NCBI GenBank assembly: GCA_013298815.1
Contig: JAAFJF010000002.1
Location: forward strand, 2,191-66,190
Source: Polaromonas sp.
GTDB taxonomy: Bacteria; Pseudomonadota; Gammaproteobacteria; Burkholderiales; Burkholderiaceae_C
DNA length: 64,000 bases
Direction of reading: 5' to 3'
Shown: in pieces, positions 54,696 to 63,315 of the stretch
Position numbering within the stretch: the stretch's first letter is position 1
Layout: every line of letters starts with the position of its first letter
Notes under the pieces: generated by a model
Seen by the model: only the letters and a program-made list of their open reading frames with translations
Told to the model about the DNA's origin: nothing
Databases searched by the model: none
Position numbers and translations under genes: made by a program

Positions 54696-56015
54696 TTAAC
54701 CCAAGCTATCCGCCCAAATGTTTTGCGCCCAGCTCTCGGCGTAAGCGCCTTCCAACATAGTGACTTCGGGTTTCAAGTCAATCGACGATACGCCGCCTGA
54801 GCCTGCCACCGTTTTGAAAGTTTTCTCAGCCGCCACGTATTCATGCACGCTGGCCACGTGGATGCAGTTTTTCGCATCGACCATGCTGTAGCAAGTGTTG
54901 GTCAGCATGGGGTTGGGGTTAACCTCCCAACCGTTGAGCTGGGCGACAATGGCAGCGGCAGCCACTTTAGCCTGTGCATTGGCCATGTGGCCGCTCTTGG
55001 GCATGCCTGGCGCAATTTGGATGGAGTCGCCCAACACATGCACGTCTTTGGCGGCGGTTGACTCAAAAGTGAGGTAGTTCACACCACACCAGCGACCGTT
55101 TGCCATGTTATTCAAGCCAGAATTGACGGCAATCAAACCAGCACGCATATTAGGCAATGCGTTGATGACGTTGGCTTTCACGTCTTCTTGAATCTCAAAC
55201 TTAATAGTGCCGGTTTTAGCATCAACAGCCGTCACCTTATGGTCGCCACGGTACTCAATCATGCCTTTGTACTCGGTCGCCCAGACTTTTTTGAATAATG
55301 GGCCTTTAGAGGTCACGTCTGGGTTGCCGTCTAAAATTAAAATCTTGCTTTTTGGTTTCGCAACTTTGAAGTATGACGCGATTTGGCTGGCACGCTCGTA
55401 CGGGCCAGGTGGACAGCGGTATGGCGCAACCGGTATGGTGATAGCGTAGGTGCCGCCCTCAGGCATAGCTTCCAGCTGCTTGCGCAAAGTTGCCGTTTCA
55501 GCGCCAGCTTTCCAAGCCTGCACGATTTGGCCACTGGCGTTAGCAGCAGCCAAGCCTTCGATGCTGCCCATCATCAAATCAATACCTGGGGAGACAACCA
55601 GTTTGTCATAAGCAATGCTGCCACCGCGGGCCAAAGTCACCGTTTTCTTGGCGGCATCAATACTGCTAACCATATCTTGCACCACTGTCACGCCATGCTT
55701 TTTTGACAAATGTTCGTATGAACTGGTGATGTCAGCCATAGATTTGTGGCCACCAAGTACCATGTTTGATACTGGACAAGAGATGAAAGAAGCGTTGGGC
55801 TCGATCAACACCACGTCAATTTTGTACTGCGACAGCAAGCGGACGTATTTAGCCGCTGTCGCGCCACCAAAGCCGCCGCCAACTACGACGACTTTGGCTT
55901 TAGAAGGCATAGAAGTTGTCGCGCAACCGGCCAAGCCAAGTAAGCTCAATGCAGCAGCAGACTGTAACAACTCTCGGCGACGTAATGGGCGCTGCATATT
56001 GTTTGAATTTGTCAT
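54696..56015 (-). CDS. flavocytochrome c sulfide dehydrogenase flavoprotein subunit (FccB/SoxF)
   Basis: The track ORF reaches 56060. I prefer ATG 56015, downstream of the cytochrome gene's stop. It has the Tat signal RRRELLQSAAAL, the FAD motif VVVVGGGFGGATAAK and the Cys context YRCPPGPYERA. Confidence 0.85.
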   Translation of the reverse strand: MTNSNNMQRPLRRRELLQSAAALSLLGLAGCATTSMPSKAKVVVVGGGFGGATAAKYVRLLSQYKIDVVLIEPNASFISCPVSNMVLGGHKSMADITSSYEHLSKKHGVTVVQDMVSSIDAAKKTVTLARGGSIAYDKLVVSPGIDLMMGSIEGLAAANASGQIVQAWKAGAETATLRKQLEAMPEGGTYAITIPVAPYRCPPGPYERASQIASYFKVAKPKSKILILDGNPDVTSKGPLFKKVWATEYKGMIEYRGDHKVTAVDAKTGTIKFEIQEDVKANVINALPNMRAGLIAVNSGLNNMANGRWCGVNYLTFESTAAKDVHVLGDSIQIAPGMPKSGHMANAQAKVAAAAIVAQLNGWEVNPNPMLTNTCYSMVDAKNCIHVASVHEYVAAEKTFKTVAGSGGVSSIDLKPEVTMLEGAYAESWAQNIWADSLG

Positions 56016-56028
56016 ATCAGTCCCGTCC

Positions 56029-56382
56029 TTATTTCTTTTGTGCGGCAAAATAGTTTGCAATCATGGCGACTTGTGCATCGCTGTAGCCCTTGCTGAGCTG
56101 ATGCATGACTGTGGCAGGCCGCGAGCCATCTTTGAAAGCCTTCATTTGCAACATAATATTTGCAGCAGGCATGCCAGCCAACGAAACGACCGCTGAACCG
56201 TTTGTAGCAGCGCCCTGGGTACCATGACACGTAGCGCAAGTCGCAGAGACGCTTGCCACATACAACTCGTCTTTACTTTGCGCTGAGGCTGTAGCACCTG
56301 CAAATGCAGCCAAGGAAGCTACCAAAATAGTAGCTAATCGAATTTTTATTCGTTTATTCATCATGCCATGGTCTCCAATCAT
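56029..56382 (-). CDS. monohaem cytochrome c (FccA/SoxE-like)
   Basis: 117 aa with a signal peptide and the haem site CATCHG. It is the first gene of the sox/fcc cluster. Confidence 0.75.
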   Translation of the reverse strand: MIGDHGMMNKRIKIRLATILVASLAAFAGATASAQSKDELYVASVSATCATCHGTQGAATNGSAVVSLAGMPAANIMLQMKAFKDGSRPATVMHQLSKGYSDAQVAMIANYFAAQKK

Positions 56383-56559
56383 GTTTATATGTCAATTAAT
56401 ATATATGGTTATTCATCTAAACACATATAACTATACTCGATACATCAGTTTTGTACGAGCACATTTTGTACGTAAAAACCCTTAAAAAGCAAGAATTTAC
56501 TTACTAAAAGTTGACAATTCATAGGCGACAATGATGGCTTCATCTTAAAAAAATGCTCC

Positions 56560-56612
56560 TCTTTTAATAGCTATTCAGGCAGTAAATACGCTGGATATAA
56601 GCATTAAATGCA
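56560..56612 (+). repeat. dispersed intergenic repeat, copy 10
   Basis: It reads CTCTTTTAATAGCTATTCAGGCAGTAAATACGCTGGATATAAGCATTAAATG. Confidence 0.8.
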
Positions 56613-56613
56613 T

Positions 56614-56649
56614 AAAAAAATCGGGTACTTTTGCAAGCTACCCGATTTT
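56614..56649 (-). terminator. rho-independent terminator after the Bug-family gene
   Basis: AAAATCGGGTA-N11-TACCCGATTTT forms a hairpin. On the minus strand it is followed by a run of T (plus-strand AAAAAAA at 56614..56620). Confidence 0.6.
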
Positions 56650-56674
56650 ATGTTTGCTTATGTTGGCAAAAGTA

Positions 56675-57643
56675 TCACTGTGCCGTAATGCCCGCCGTTT
56701 TAATGACTTTGGTCCATCGTGGTATTTCACTCGCGACAAACGCTGTATAGGCTTTTGAGCCTAAGGTTGGAACTACAAAACCCTGTGACTCCAATCGTTG
56801 TTTGATGGCTGGTGAACTTAAAACCTGCACCATCGCTGCCTCTAACTTTTCAACCACAGCTGGCGGCGTGCCCTTTTGAATGGACAAGCCAGACCATGAC
56901 AACGACTCGAAGCCCTTGTAGCCAGATTCAGCAATCGACGGCACGTCTGGATAGAGCGCATTACGCTTAACACTGGTGACGGCCAAAGGGCGCAATTTTC
57001 CCGCCTTAACATGCTGCAACGCGACGTCTTGGTTGATAAACATGATTTTGATTGTGCCGCCCAGCAAGTCAGTCATCATCGGACCACCACCACGGTAAGG
57101 AATACCAGTCAAGAAGACGCCAGCAGTCTGCTTGAACAGCTCCATCGCCATATGACCGGAAGATGCATGGGTGTAGCCATAATCCAATTTCCCAGGATTG
57201 GCTTTAGCGTAGTCAACCAAGTCTTTCAGGGTTTTAAATGGCAAGCTTGGGTGCACTAGCAAAACGTTCGGACCAGAATGTACTTGCGTTAAGTGGATGA
57301 AATCCGTGTTCGAGTTGTACTTCAAGTTGGCATCCAAACCATGTGCAACCGCGTTTTGTCCAACGCCTGTTTGTATGATGGTGTAGCCATCTGCAGCCGC
57401 TTTACTAGCACGCTCCGTACCAACCACACCGCCCGCGCCGCCTACGTTTTCAACGATCACGGGTTGCTTCAAAATTTTGCCTAATTCATCATTCACCATA
57501 CGACCCATCACATCACTGGTACCGCCCGGTGGGAAAGGCACGATCAGTTTTATCGGTTTGATTGGGTATTCTTGAGCCAAAGCGCTCAATGCAATCAAGC
57601 CAACTGCAGCAGCGCTGACCAGTTTTAACCATGCTTTTTTCAT
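56675..57643 (-). CDS. Bug family (TctC-like) tripartite tricarboxylate transporter substrate-binding protein
   Basis: 322 aa with a signal peptide, followed by YPIKPIKLIVPFPPGGTSDVMGR and VENVGGAGG, hallmarks of Bordetella-uptake-gene proteins. Confidence 0.85.
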   Translation of the reverse strand: MKKAWLKLVSAAAVGLIALSALAQEYPIKPIKLIVPFPPGGTSDVMGRMVNDELGKILKQPVIVENVGGAGGVVGTERASKAAADGYTIIQTGVGQNAVAHGLDANLKYNSNTDFIHLTQVHSGPNVLLVHPSLPFKTLKDLVDYAKANPGKLDYGYTHASSGHMAMELFKQTAGVFLTGIPYRGGGPMMTDLLGGTIKIMFINQDVALQHVKAGKLRPLAVTSVKRNALYPDVPSIAESGYKGFESLSWSGLSIQKGTPPAVVEKLEAAMVQVLSSPAIKQRLESQGFVVPTLGSKAYTAFVASEIPRWTKVIKTAGITAQ

Positions 57644-57707
57644 CTTTTCGTCTCCTGTTTATAAAACTAACACTCACTTTTTAACCAAAACTCAACTAAA
57701 TCCACTA

Positions 57708-58973
57708 TTAAAACCGCGGCTTGACGGTTGACCAATCGGGTCTGAACTTTTGCATCTGCGTCACGTCGTTGCGTGTGCGAATTCGGCAAGTCAAAAACGC
57801 TTGATGTAGATCAGCCAATTTTGCTTGGTCTAACTCTACACCCAAACCCGGCTTGTCCGTCAGATGCACGCAACCACCCACAATAGGCACTTTGCCACCG
57901 ACCAAAATTTCGTCGCTCTGCCACGGGTAATGCGTGTCGCAGGCATAAGTCAAATGGTGCACCGAAGCCGCCAAATGCGTCATCGCCATCAAGCTGATGC
58001 CCAGATGTGAGTTCGAATGCATAGATAAACCCATGCCAAACGCTTGGCACGTCCGCGCCAAAGCCTGCGTCGCCCGCAAACCGCCCCAATAGTGGTGGTC
58101 AGACAGCACAATTTGAACTGAGTTCAATTCAACGCTGCGCTTCAAATGGTCCCACGATGTCACCACCATGTTGGTCGCCTGTAGCAAGCCGGTCGCTTTG
58201 TAGACCTCGGACATGCCTTCCAAGCCCGGCGTCGGATCTTCGTAATATTCCAAATCATTCGCCAACCGCTTGGCGATGCGGATACTGGTGGGGATAGACC
58301 AATTGCCATTGGGGTCAATCCGCAGTTGGTGGTTCGGGAAAGCGGCTTTGAGGGCTTTGATCGCATCGGCCTCTTCATCTGGCGGAAACACACCGGCTTT
58401 GAGCTTGATGCTCTCAAAGCCGTATTGCTCAATCATCTTCTTGGCCTGCGCGACGATTTGCGCGGGGTTCACCGCCTCGCCATACGGGTCGGGCGCGTAT
58501 TCTGGGTCAACACTGGCGTCCCATTTGTAGAACAAATAAGCCGAATAGGCCACTTTGTTGCGCACTGCCCCGCCCAAAAGCTCTACCAACGGAATGCCCA
58601 AGGTACGAGCCTGCAAGTCTAAAAACGCCACCTCAAAGCCTGAAAACACGCTGCTCGTCAGGTTGTCACCCATGGAACCAGGAGCGAGCTCCATCTCAAT
58701 ATGCGCAGTTTTGGTGAGTTTGGACTCGGCGATCACCATGCCCAGCAAGCCATTCAAGTCAAAAGCCGACAACCCCACCAAACTGTCCTTCACACGCGTC
58801 AGCAAGTCCAACACTGGCGCATCGCCATAGGTTTCGCCCAAACCGACCATGCCGTTAGCGCCCACAACCTCGATGATGGAGCGCAGCCCAAAAGGCTCAT
58901 GCACCCCAGCGGCGTTTAGCAAAGCAGGGTCTTTGATGGCGATGGGCGTCACCCGAACAGCAGAAATTTTCAT
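57708..58973 (-). CDS. glucarate dehydratase-like enolase-superfamily enzyme (GudD/GudX-like)
   Basis: The track ORF reaches 59075. I prefer the ATG at 58973 (MKISAVRVTPIA...). IKLKAGVFPPDEEADAIKALKAAFPNHQLRIDPNGNW, YYEDP, ATNMV, SDHHYWGG and SMHSNSHLGISLMAMTHLAA are collinear with my recollection of E. coli GudD. Confidence 0.8.
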   Translation of the reverse strand: MKISAVRVTPIAIKDPALLNAAGVHEPFGLRSIIEVVGANGMVGLGETYGDAPVLDLLTRVKDSLVGLSAFDLNGLLGMVIAESKLTKTAHIEMELAPGSMGDNLTSSVFSGFEVAFLDLQARTLGIPLVELLGGAVRNKVAYSAYLFYKWDASVDPEYAPDPYGEAVNPAQIVAQAKKMIEQYGFESIKLKAGVFPPDEEADAIKALKAAFPNHQLRIDPNGNWSIPTSIRIAKRLANDLEYYEDPTPGLEGMSEVYKATGLLQATNMVVTSWDHLKRSVELNSVQIVLSDHHYWGGLRATQALARTCQAFGMGLSMHSNSHLGISLMAMTHLAASVHHLTYACDTHYPWQSDEILVGGKVPIVGGCVHLTDKPGLGVELDQAKLADLHQAFLTCRIRTRNDVTQMQKFRPDWSTVKPRF

Positions 58974-59100
58974 GGTAGCGAGTTCAATCTTAGAGGACAT
59001 CAATGAAGTAGCACCGATTATAGTCATCGGTTGTCTGATGACCTGTATTTTGCAATTACACCTTAAAGTTGTCAAGTGCGAATCAATCTCACAAGTAAAC

Positions 59101-59155
59101 CGCTATATTTTAGATAGCAGCTTAGGCAGTAAATACGCTGGATACAGCCAAATTT
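59101..59155 (+). repeat. dispersed intergenic repeat, copy 11
   Basis: It reads CGCTATATTTTAGATAGCAGCTTAGGCAGTAAATACGCTGGATACAGCCAAATTTG. Confidence 0.8.
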
Positions 59156-59184
59156 GTATAAAAGTTTAGATATTTACGGTTCAC

Positions 59185-60561
59185 TCAATTGATTTTAAGC
59201 TTCAAGGCCAAGACTTTCGCCGCCACACACTTGCCCTGAACCTGCCCACCTTCTACACCAAAGCGGAAGTGGATACCTGCATACAGACGCGACAAGGCGG
59301 CTTCGTTAGCTGCGGCGTTGAAGCTGGTGAAGGTGCGCGGACCCCAGCCTCGGTCGTTGTGGGTGTTGTCGGTGAAAGCGGTGTTTTCGCCGAAGATTTG
59401 GTTCAACACGCCGGCTGCTGCGCTGGATTGGACGGAGTGGCCTGACGGATATTCAGGGAACGGCGGCGTTGTCATCAAGCTGGGCACCCAGTTGCTGTTG
59501 AAAGAGCCTTGCACGTAGGTGACGGGACGCAGCACGTTAAGGGCGTATTTGGTCGCCCAGCCGGCGGTGAAGGCGTCAGACATGGCGATATTCAGACGCG
59601 CCAGCGTTTGAGCGGCATCGGCTAGGTTAGCTTTGCGGGTTTTGAGTAAATCGTTGGCGATAAACAGCCAATGGCCTGCTGGTGTGGGTGTTTTAGCTGG
59701 GTCATCCGCCCAATAGAGCGCAAATTGACGCTGCTCTTGCGTGGCGGCGTTGCTGATGTTATAGACCTCTTGCGCGTTTTTATAGAAGACCGAGCTTGGC
59801 TCTTCAGAATACTCCGGCGGCGGCGGTGCTGGGCAATCTTTCACAGACTTCAAGACGAAGGGGCGATTTTCACCCCAGTAGGGCAACAACGGTTTCGCAA
59901 ACGCGGGGGGCGTGGCCGTCCAGCGCCCTGCACCGCTTGGCGGCACGTAATTAGCGCGGTTACGGCGCAACGGGCCCCAGGCTTCGTGGCCGCCATCGGT
60001 ACGCGCCCAGGTCATGATCGCCATGGCCATGAGTTTGCCATAGGAATCAGAGCGGTTGATGATTTCTGGCGTATAGGTATTCGGGTCAAAATCTTGGCCA
60101 TATTTGAGCGGTAAGCTGCGCTCTAGCTGGTCGATGCGGCCTTTGTTTTCAGCCGTAGCATTGCTAAACATCATGCGCGTCATCATGGCCATCGATGCGT
60201 TTGCCACGGTGGGCCAATGCAGAGGTTCGTCGGGCTGCGCCACTGGCAAGGAGTTGAGTTCGTTTAACTGCCCCGCCAAGCTGGTGTAACCGGGCATACC
60301 AGGAACGATAGATTCGTACAACGCCAAGCCCAAATAGCCAAAAGCACGCGCTGCGACGGGAGGGCTAAAACCCGGAGTTTGCTGGGTCAGCGACAGCGCC
60401 AGCGATGTCCACTCGGTCGAGACTGCGGCGCTATAAGTGTCTGCCGTACGGGTGGCGACGCTTGCCGTTTGCTGTGTAGTTTGAGCTTGAACTTGTGTTG
60501 TCAGACCTACAACGACCAAAGCGGCAGTCAGCGTGTTGATTAAGAATTGATGCATGTTCAT
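59185..60561 (-). CDS. secreted PAP2-superfamily / vanadium-dependent haloperoxidase-like protein
   Basis: 458 aa with a signal peptide. The C-terminal PAP2 motifs are PFPEYPSGHSVQSSAAAGVL and SRLYAGIHFRFGVEGG. It has a long helical N-terminal region, as in bacterial vanadium haloperoxidase-like proteins. Confidence 0.7.
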   Translation of the reverse strand: MNMHQFLINTLTAALVVVGLTTQVQAQTTQQTASVATRTADTYSAAVSTEWTSLALSLTQQTPGFSPPVAARAFGYLGLALYESIVPGMPGYTSLAGQLNELNSLPVAQPDEPLHWPTVANASMAMMTRMMFSNATAENKGRIDQLERSLPLKYGQDFDPNTYTPEIINRSDSYGKLMAMAIMTWARTDGGHEAWGPLRRNRANYVPPSGAGRWTATPPAFAKPLLPYWGENRPFVLKSVKDCPAPPPPEYSEEPSSVFYKNAQEVYNISNAATQEQRQFALYWADDPAKTPTPAGHWLFIANDLLKTRKANLADAAQTLARLNIAMSDAFTAGWATKYALNVLRPVTYVQGSFNSNWVPSLMTTPPFPEYPSGHSVQSSAAAGVLNQIFGENTAFTDNTHNDRGWGPRTFTSFNAAANEAALSRLYAGIHFRFGVEGGQVQGKCVAAKVLALKLKIN

Positions 60562-62252
60562 GGTGCTTTCCCAACATTCACAGCTTCCGCTTTACCAGCC
60601 GATTTATCCATCACATAAAAACCATCCGCAGCAACGGTTTGCCAGGGGCCGAAGTCTGAGAAAGGCCATTGCACACGGACTTTGACCGTGGTTGCCGCAC
60701 CCAAACCAAAATGCATCCAGCCCATGTGTCCACTGGCATGACCGCCGCCAACAGTGAGCTCTTGGCGGATGATGCGCTGCTTGCCAAGTTGCTGCATGGC
60801 ATCGCCCAAATCAACTTCAACCCATGCGCCAACCGCGTCACGGTTTCCACCAGCCTGCTTCAGCCGTAATTGCAGCCAATGCCCTGCAGCGCCCATGGAC
60901 GATGGTTTTTCAGCCGTGCCTGGCCCTTGGTTACCTAGATTACGCCAGAGTTGAGCCTTATCCCAACGGTTGACGACGACCATGTCTAACAAGCCATCAC
61001 CATTCAAATCCGCCAACATGCCACCGCGTCCACGCCCCACACTGGCTATGTTGGCGAGTTGCCCTGCCTCATAGAAGCGACCATCGGTTTGCTGTAGCAG
61101 CAGATTATTGGGGTCTAAGGCAGCGAAATCGGGCATGGTTGAAATATTGCCCTTGACAATGAAGATATCAGCCAAACCATCATGGTTAACATCGGCAAAT
61201 TGCGAATGCCAAGCAGTAGAGGGGTGAATATCACCGCCTACGTAAGGGCGATGAGCTGTGACGCCTCGTTTGTAAGCAACGTCAACATATTCAGGTTTAG
61301 AAGCTTTGCCGGAGGCGTCAAGTTGCAATTTTTGCAATTTGTTGTCTGCCATGCTGGTCAAATACAGCTCTGGGTAGCCATCGCCGTCGATGTCTTGGCT
61401 GGCAATGCCCATGCCCCAAATTTGCATTGGCTTCCAACCCTGCGCTTCCGTGAATAGGGTTGGAGGCTGACCTGTGGCAATTTTCCACAACTGTTCTTGC
61501 CCACCTTTGTAAAACTCACGGTCATTGCTGACGCGCAAATCTGGCGTGCCTTTGCGACCCCAGTCTGAAAATAGCATGGACAAAGCACAATATGCGGGCT
61601 CAAGCTTCACTGGTTCTGCAAACCCATTGCCAGCGCTATTCGGCCTGAGCAAAACGCCTGCTGTGCAACTTCCCCATGGAAACTCAGCCAACTTAGCGCG
61701 ATCAATATACGTGCCAATCGCTAAAGTTGGCCATTTTTGATCTTTTTCCCAAGTCGCAGAAAAAGCGGTGTGCCACTCGTTGCCTGTTTTGACGCCCCAC
61801 TTTGCCGTTGCGCGCTCAAACTTGCAAGCACCTAAACCTCTGAAAACTTCAACCTCGCCCACGCGCAACACAACCAAATCCGTATTGCCATCGCTGTCGA
61901 TATCTAGCGGATACGCACCAATAGCATTGGTCAGCTCTAAACCGCTGCGTTCTTCTAGTAATTTTAGTACGCCTCCACGAACGCTTTTGTTGCGGTAAAA
62001 CTTGGCTTTGTTGACGCCTGCGGTCACATAGAGTTCGGGCAGCCCATCGCCATCACAATCAAACGTTGCCACGCCACCGCCAACCATGAATTCATCTTCA
62101 CCTTCAAAGCGGCTTTGTAAGCCTGCGCTGTCGGTTTCTTCTACAAATTTTGGAACAGCAGGCACAGTCGCAGCAACTTGCGCCGAAACCGGCAGCATAG
62201 CCGTTTGCAGCGCTACGGAACATATCAGAAGAGTTTTAACAAAATTAGACAT
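60558..62252 (-). CDS. secreted FG-GAP/VCBS repeat protein with ASPIC/UnbV-type C-terminus (CRTAC1 family)
   Basis: 564 aa with a signal peptide. It has repeated Ca-binding-like loops (DCDGDGLPELYV, DIDSDGNTDLVV, DIDGDGYPELYL, DVNHDGLADIFI, DLNGDGLLDMVV). The C-terminus reads TVGGGHASGHMGWMHFGLG. Confidence 0.8.
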   Translation of the reverse strand: MSNFVKTLLICSVALQTAMLPVSAQVAATVPAVPKFVEETDSAGLQSRFEGEDEFMVGGGVATFDCDGDGLPELYVTAGVNKAKFYRNKSVRGGVLKLLEERSGLELTNAIGAYPLDIDSDGNTDLVVLRVGEVEVFRGLGACKFERATAKWGVKTGNEWHTAFSATWEKDQKWPTLAIGTYIDRAKLAEFPWGSCTAGVLLRPNSAGNGFAEPVKLEPAYCALSMLFSDWGRKGTPDLRVSNDREFYKGGQEQLWKIATGQPPTLFTEAQGWKPMQIWGMGIASQDIDGDGYPELYLTSMADNKLQKLQLDASGKASKPEYVDVAYKRGVTAHRPYVGGDIHPSTAWHSQFADVNHDGLADIFIVKGNISTMPDFAALDPNNLLLQQTDGRFYEAGQLANIASVGRGRGGMLADLNGDGLLDMVVVNRWDKAQLWRNLGNQGPGTAEKPSSMGAAGHWLQLRLKQAGGNRDAVGAWVEVDLGDAMQQLGKQRIIRQELTVGGGHASGHMGWMHFGLGAATTVKVRVQWPFSDFGPWQTVAADGFYVMDKSAGKAEAVNVGKAP

Positions 62253-63243
62253 TCACCCAAGCACCGGTTTTTTCAGACATAAATAAGGCATCAATGACAC
62301 GCATGTTCAAAATTGCGTCTTCAACACCATACGGCAAGGTCATTTCGCCACGCACCACCTTAGAAAATGCATCACCCTGCAAACCGTACATATTGCAGGC
62401 CGGCAAGGTGTGTTTTTGCATAGATGAACCATTTAGCGCACCACCATCGTCCAAAAAATAATCAGTTTCACCACCCAATGGTGCATTGAAAGGTATTTGT
62501 ACTTCGATCCGCTTTTTAGTTCCCACCACCTGCACGCGCTGGTGCGACACAGATTGCGTGGAAACCGTGAAATCCAATCGACGTCCATCACCAAAATCTA
62601 GCAAAGCACTGACGGTACGATCAACTTTGAAGTCAGGGTCGCGGTCAACCAAGGCAATGACGCGCCTGGGTTCGGCATCAAACAAAAACCGACCCATCAC
62701 AATCGGGTAGCAACCAATATCGTACAACGCACCACCGCCAATTTCATACTTGTTACGGATGTTGTTAGTGTCGCGGTTGAAGTACGAAAAGAAAGCTTGC
62801 ACGGTTCGCAAATCGCCCAATTCGCCACTGCGCACACGCTCACGCACCTGCAGCCATTGCGGATGAAAGCGTACCATGAAGGCTTCCATGATGTGCACTT
62901 TGCCGGCCACCTCACGCAGCTGCGCTGCTTCGTTGGCGTTGATGGCAAAGGGTTTCTCGCACAACACATGCTTACCCGCTCGCGCTGCTTGCAGCGTTAA
63001 CGGCACATGCAAATCGTTGGGCAAAGGGTTGTAAATGGCTTCAATCTCAGGGTCAGCCAGCAAAGCCTCATACGAACCGTAGGTTTTGGGAATACCCAGC
63101 TTAGCCGCCCACTCATCTGCTTTGCCGGGCGCACGCGAGGCGATGGCTCGCACATCGCAGAACTCGCTCTGTTGCATAGCAGGGATAACCTTCTCCCAAC
63201 CAATTTTGGCGGTACTAAGAATACCCCATACTACTTTTTTCAT
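62245..63243 (-). CDS. Gfo/Idh/MocA family NAD(P)-dependent oxidoreductase
   Basis: 332 aa with the N-terminus VVWGILSTAKIGWEKVIPAM and the EKP motif (VLCEKPFA). It overlaps the downstream FG-GAP gene by 8 nt. Confidence 0.85.
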   Translation of the reverse strand: MKKVVWGILSTAKIGWEKVIPAMQQSEFCDVRAIASRAPGKADEWAAKLGIPKTYGSYEALLADPEIEAIYNPLPNDLHVPLTLQAARAGKHVLCEKPFAINANEAAQLREVAGKVHIMEAFMVRFHPQWLQVRERVRSGELGDLRTVQAFFSYFNRDTNNIRNKYEIGGGALYDIGCYPIVMGRFLFDAEPRRVIALVDRDPDFKVDRTVSALLDFGDGRRLDFTVSTQSVSHQRVQVVGTKKRIEVQIPFNAPLGGETDYFLDDGGALNGSSMQKHTLPACNMYGLQGDAFSKVVRGEMTLPYGVEDAILNMRVIDALFMSEKTGAWVNV

Positions 63244-63285
63244 AGCTATAATCCTAATAAATACGCCGGCTAAAGGCTAATTTAA
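63243..63285 (+). repeat. dispersed intergenic repeat, copy 12 (partial)
   Basis: It reads ATAGCTATAATCCTAATAAATACGCCGGCTAAAGGCTAATTTAAG, starting at the start codon of the Gfo/Idh/MocA gene. Confidence 0.6.
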
Positions 63286-63315
63286 GTAAAATTTAAATAA
63301 TTTATATGAATTTAA

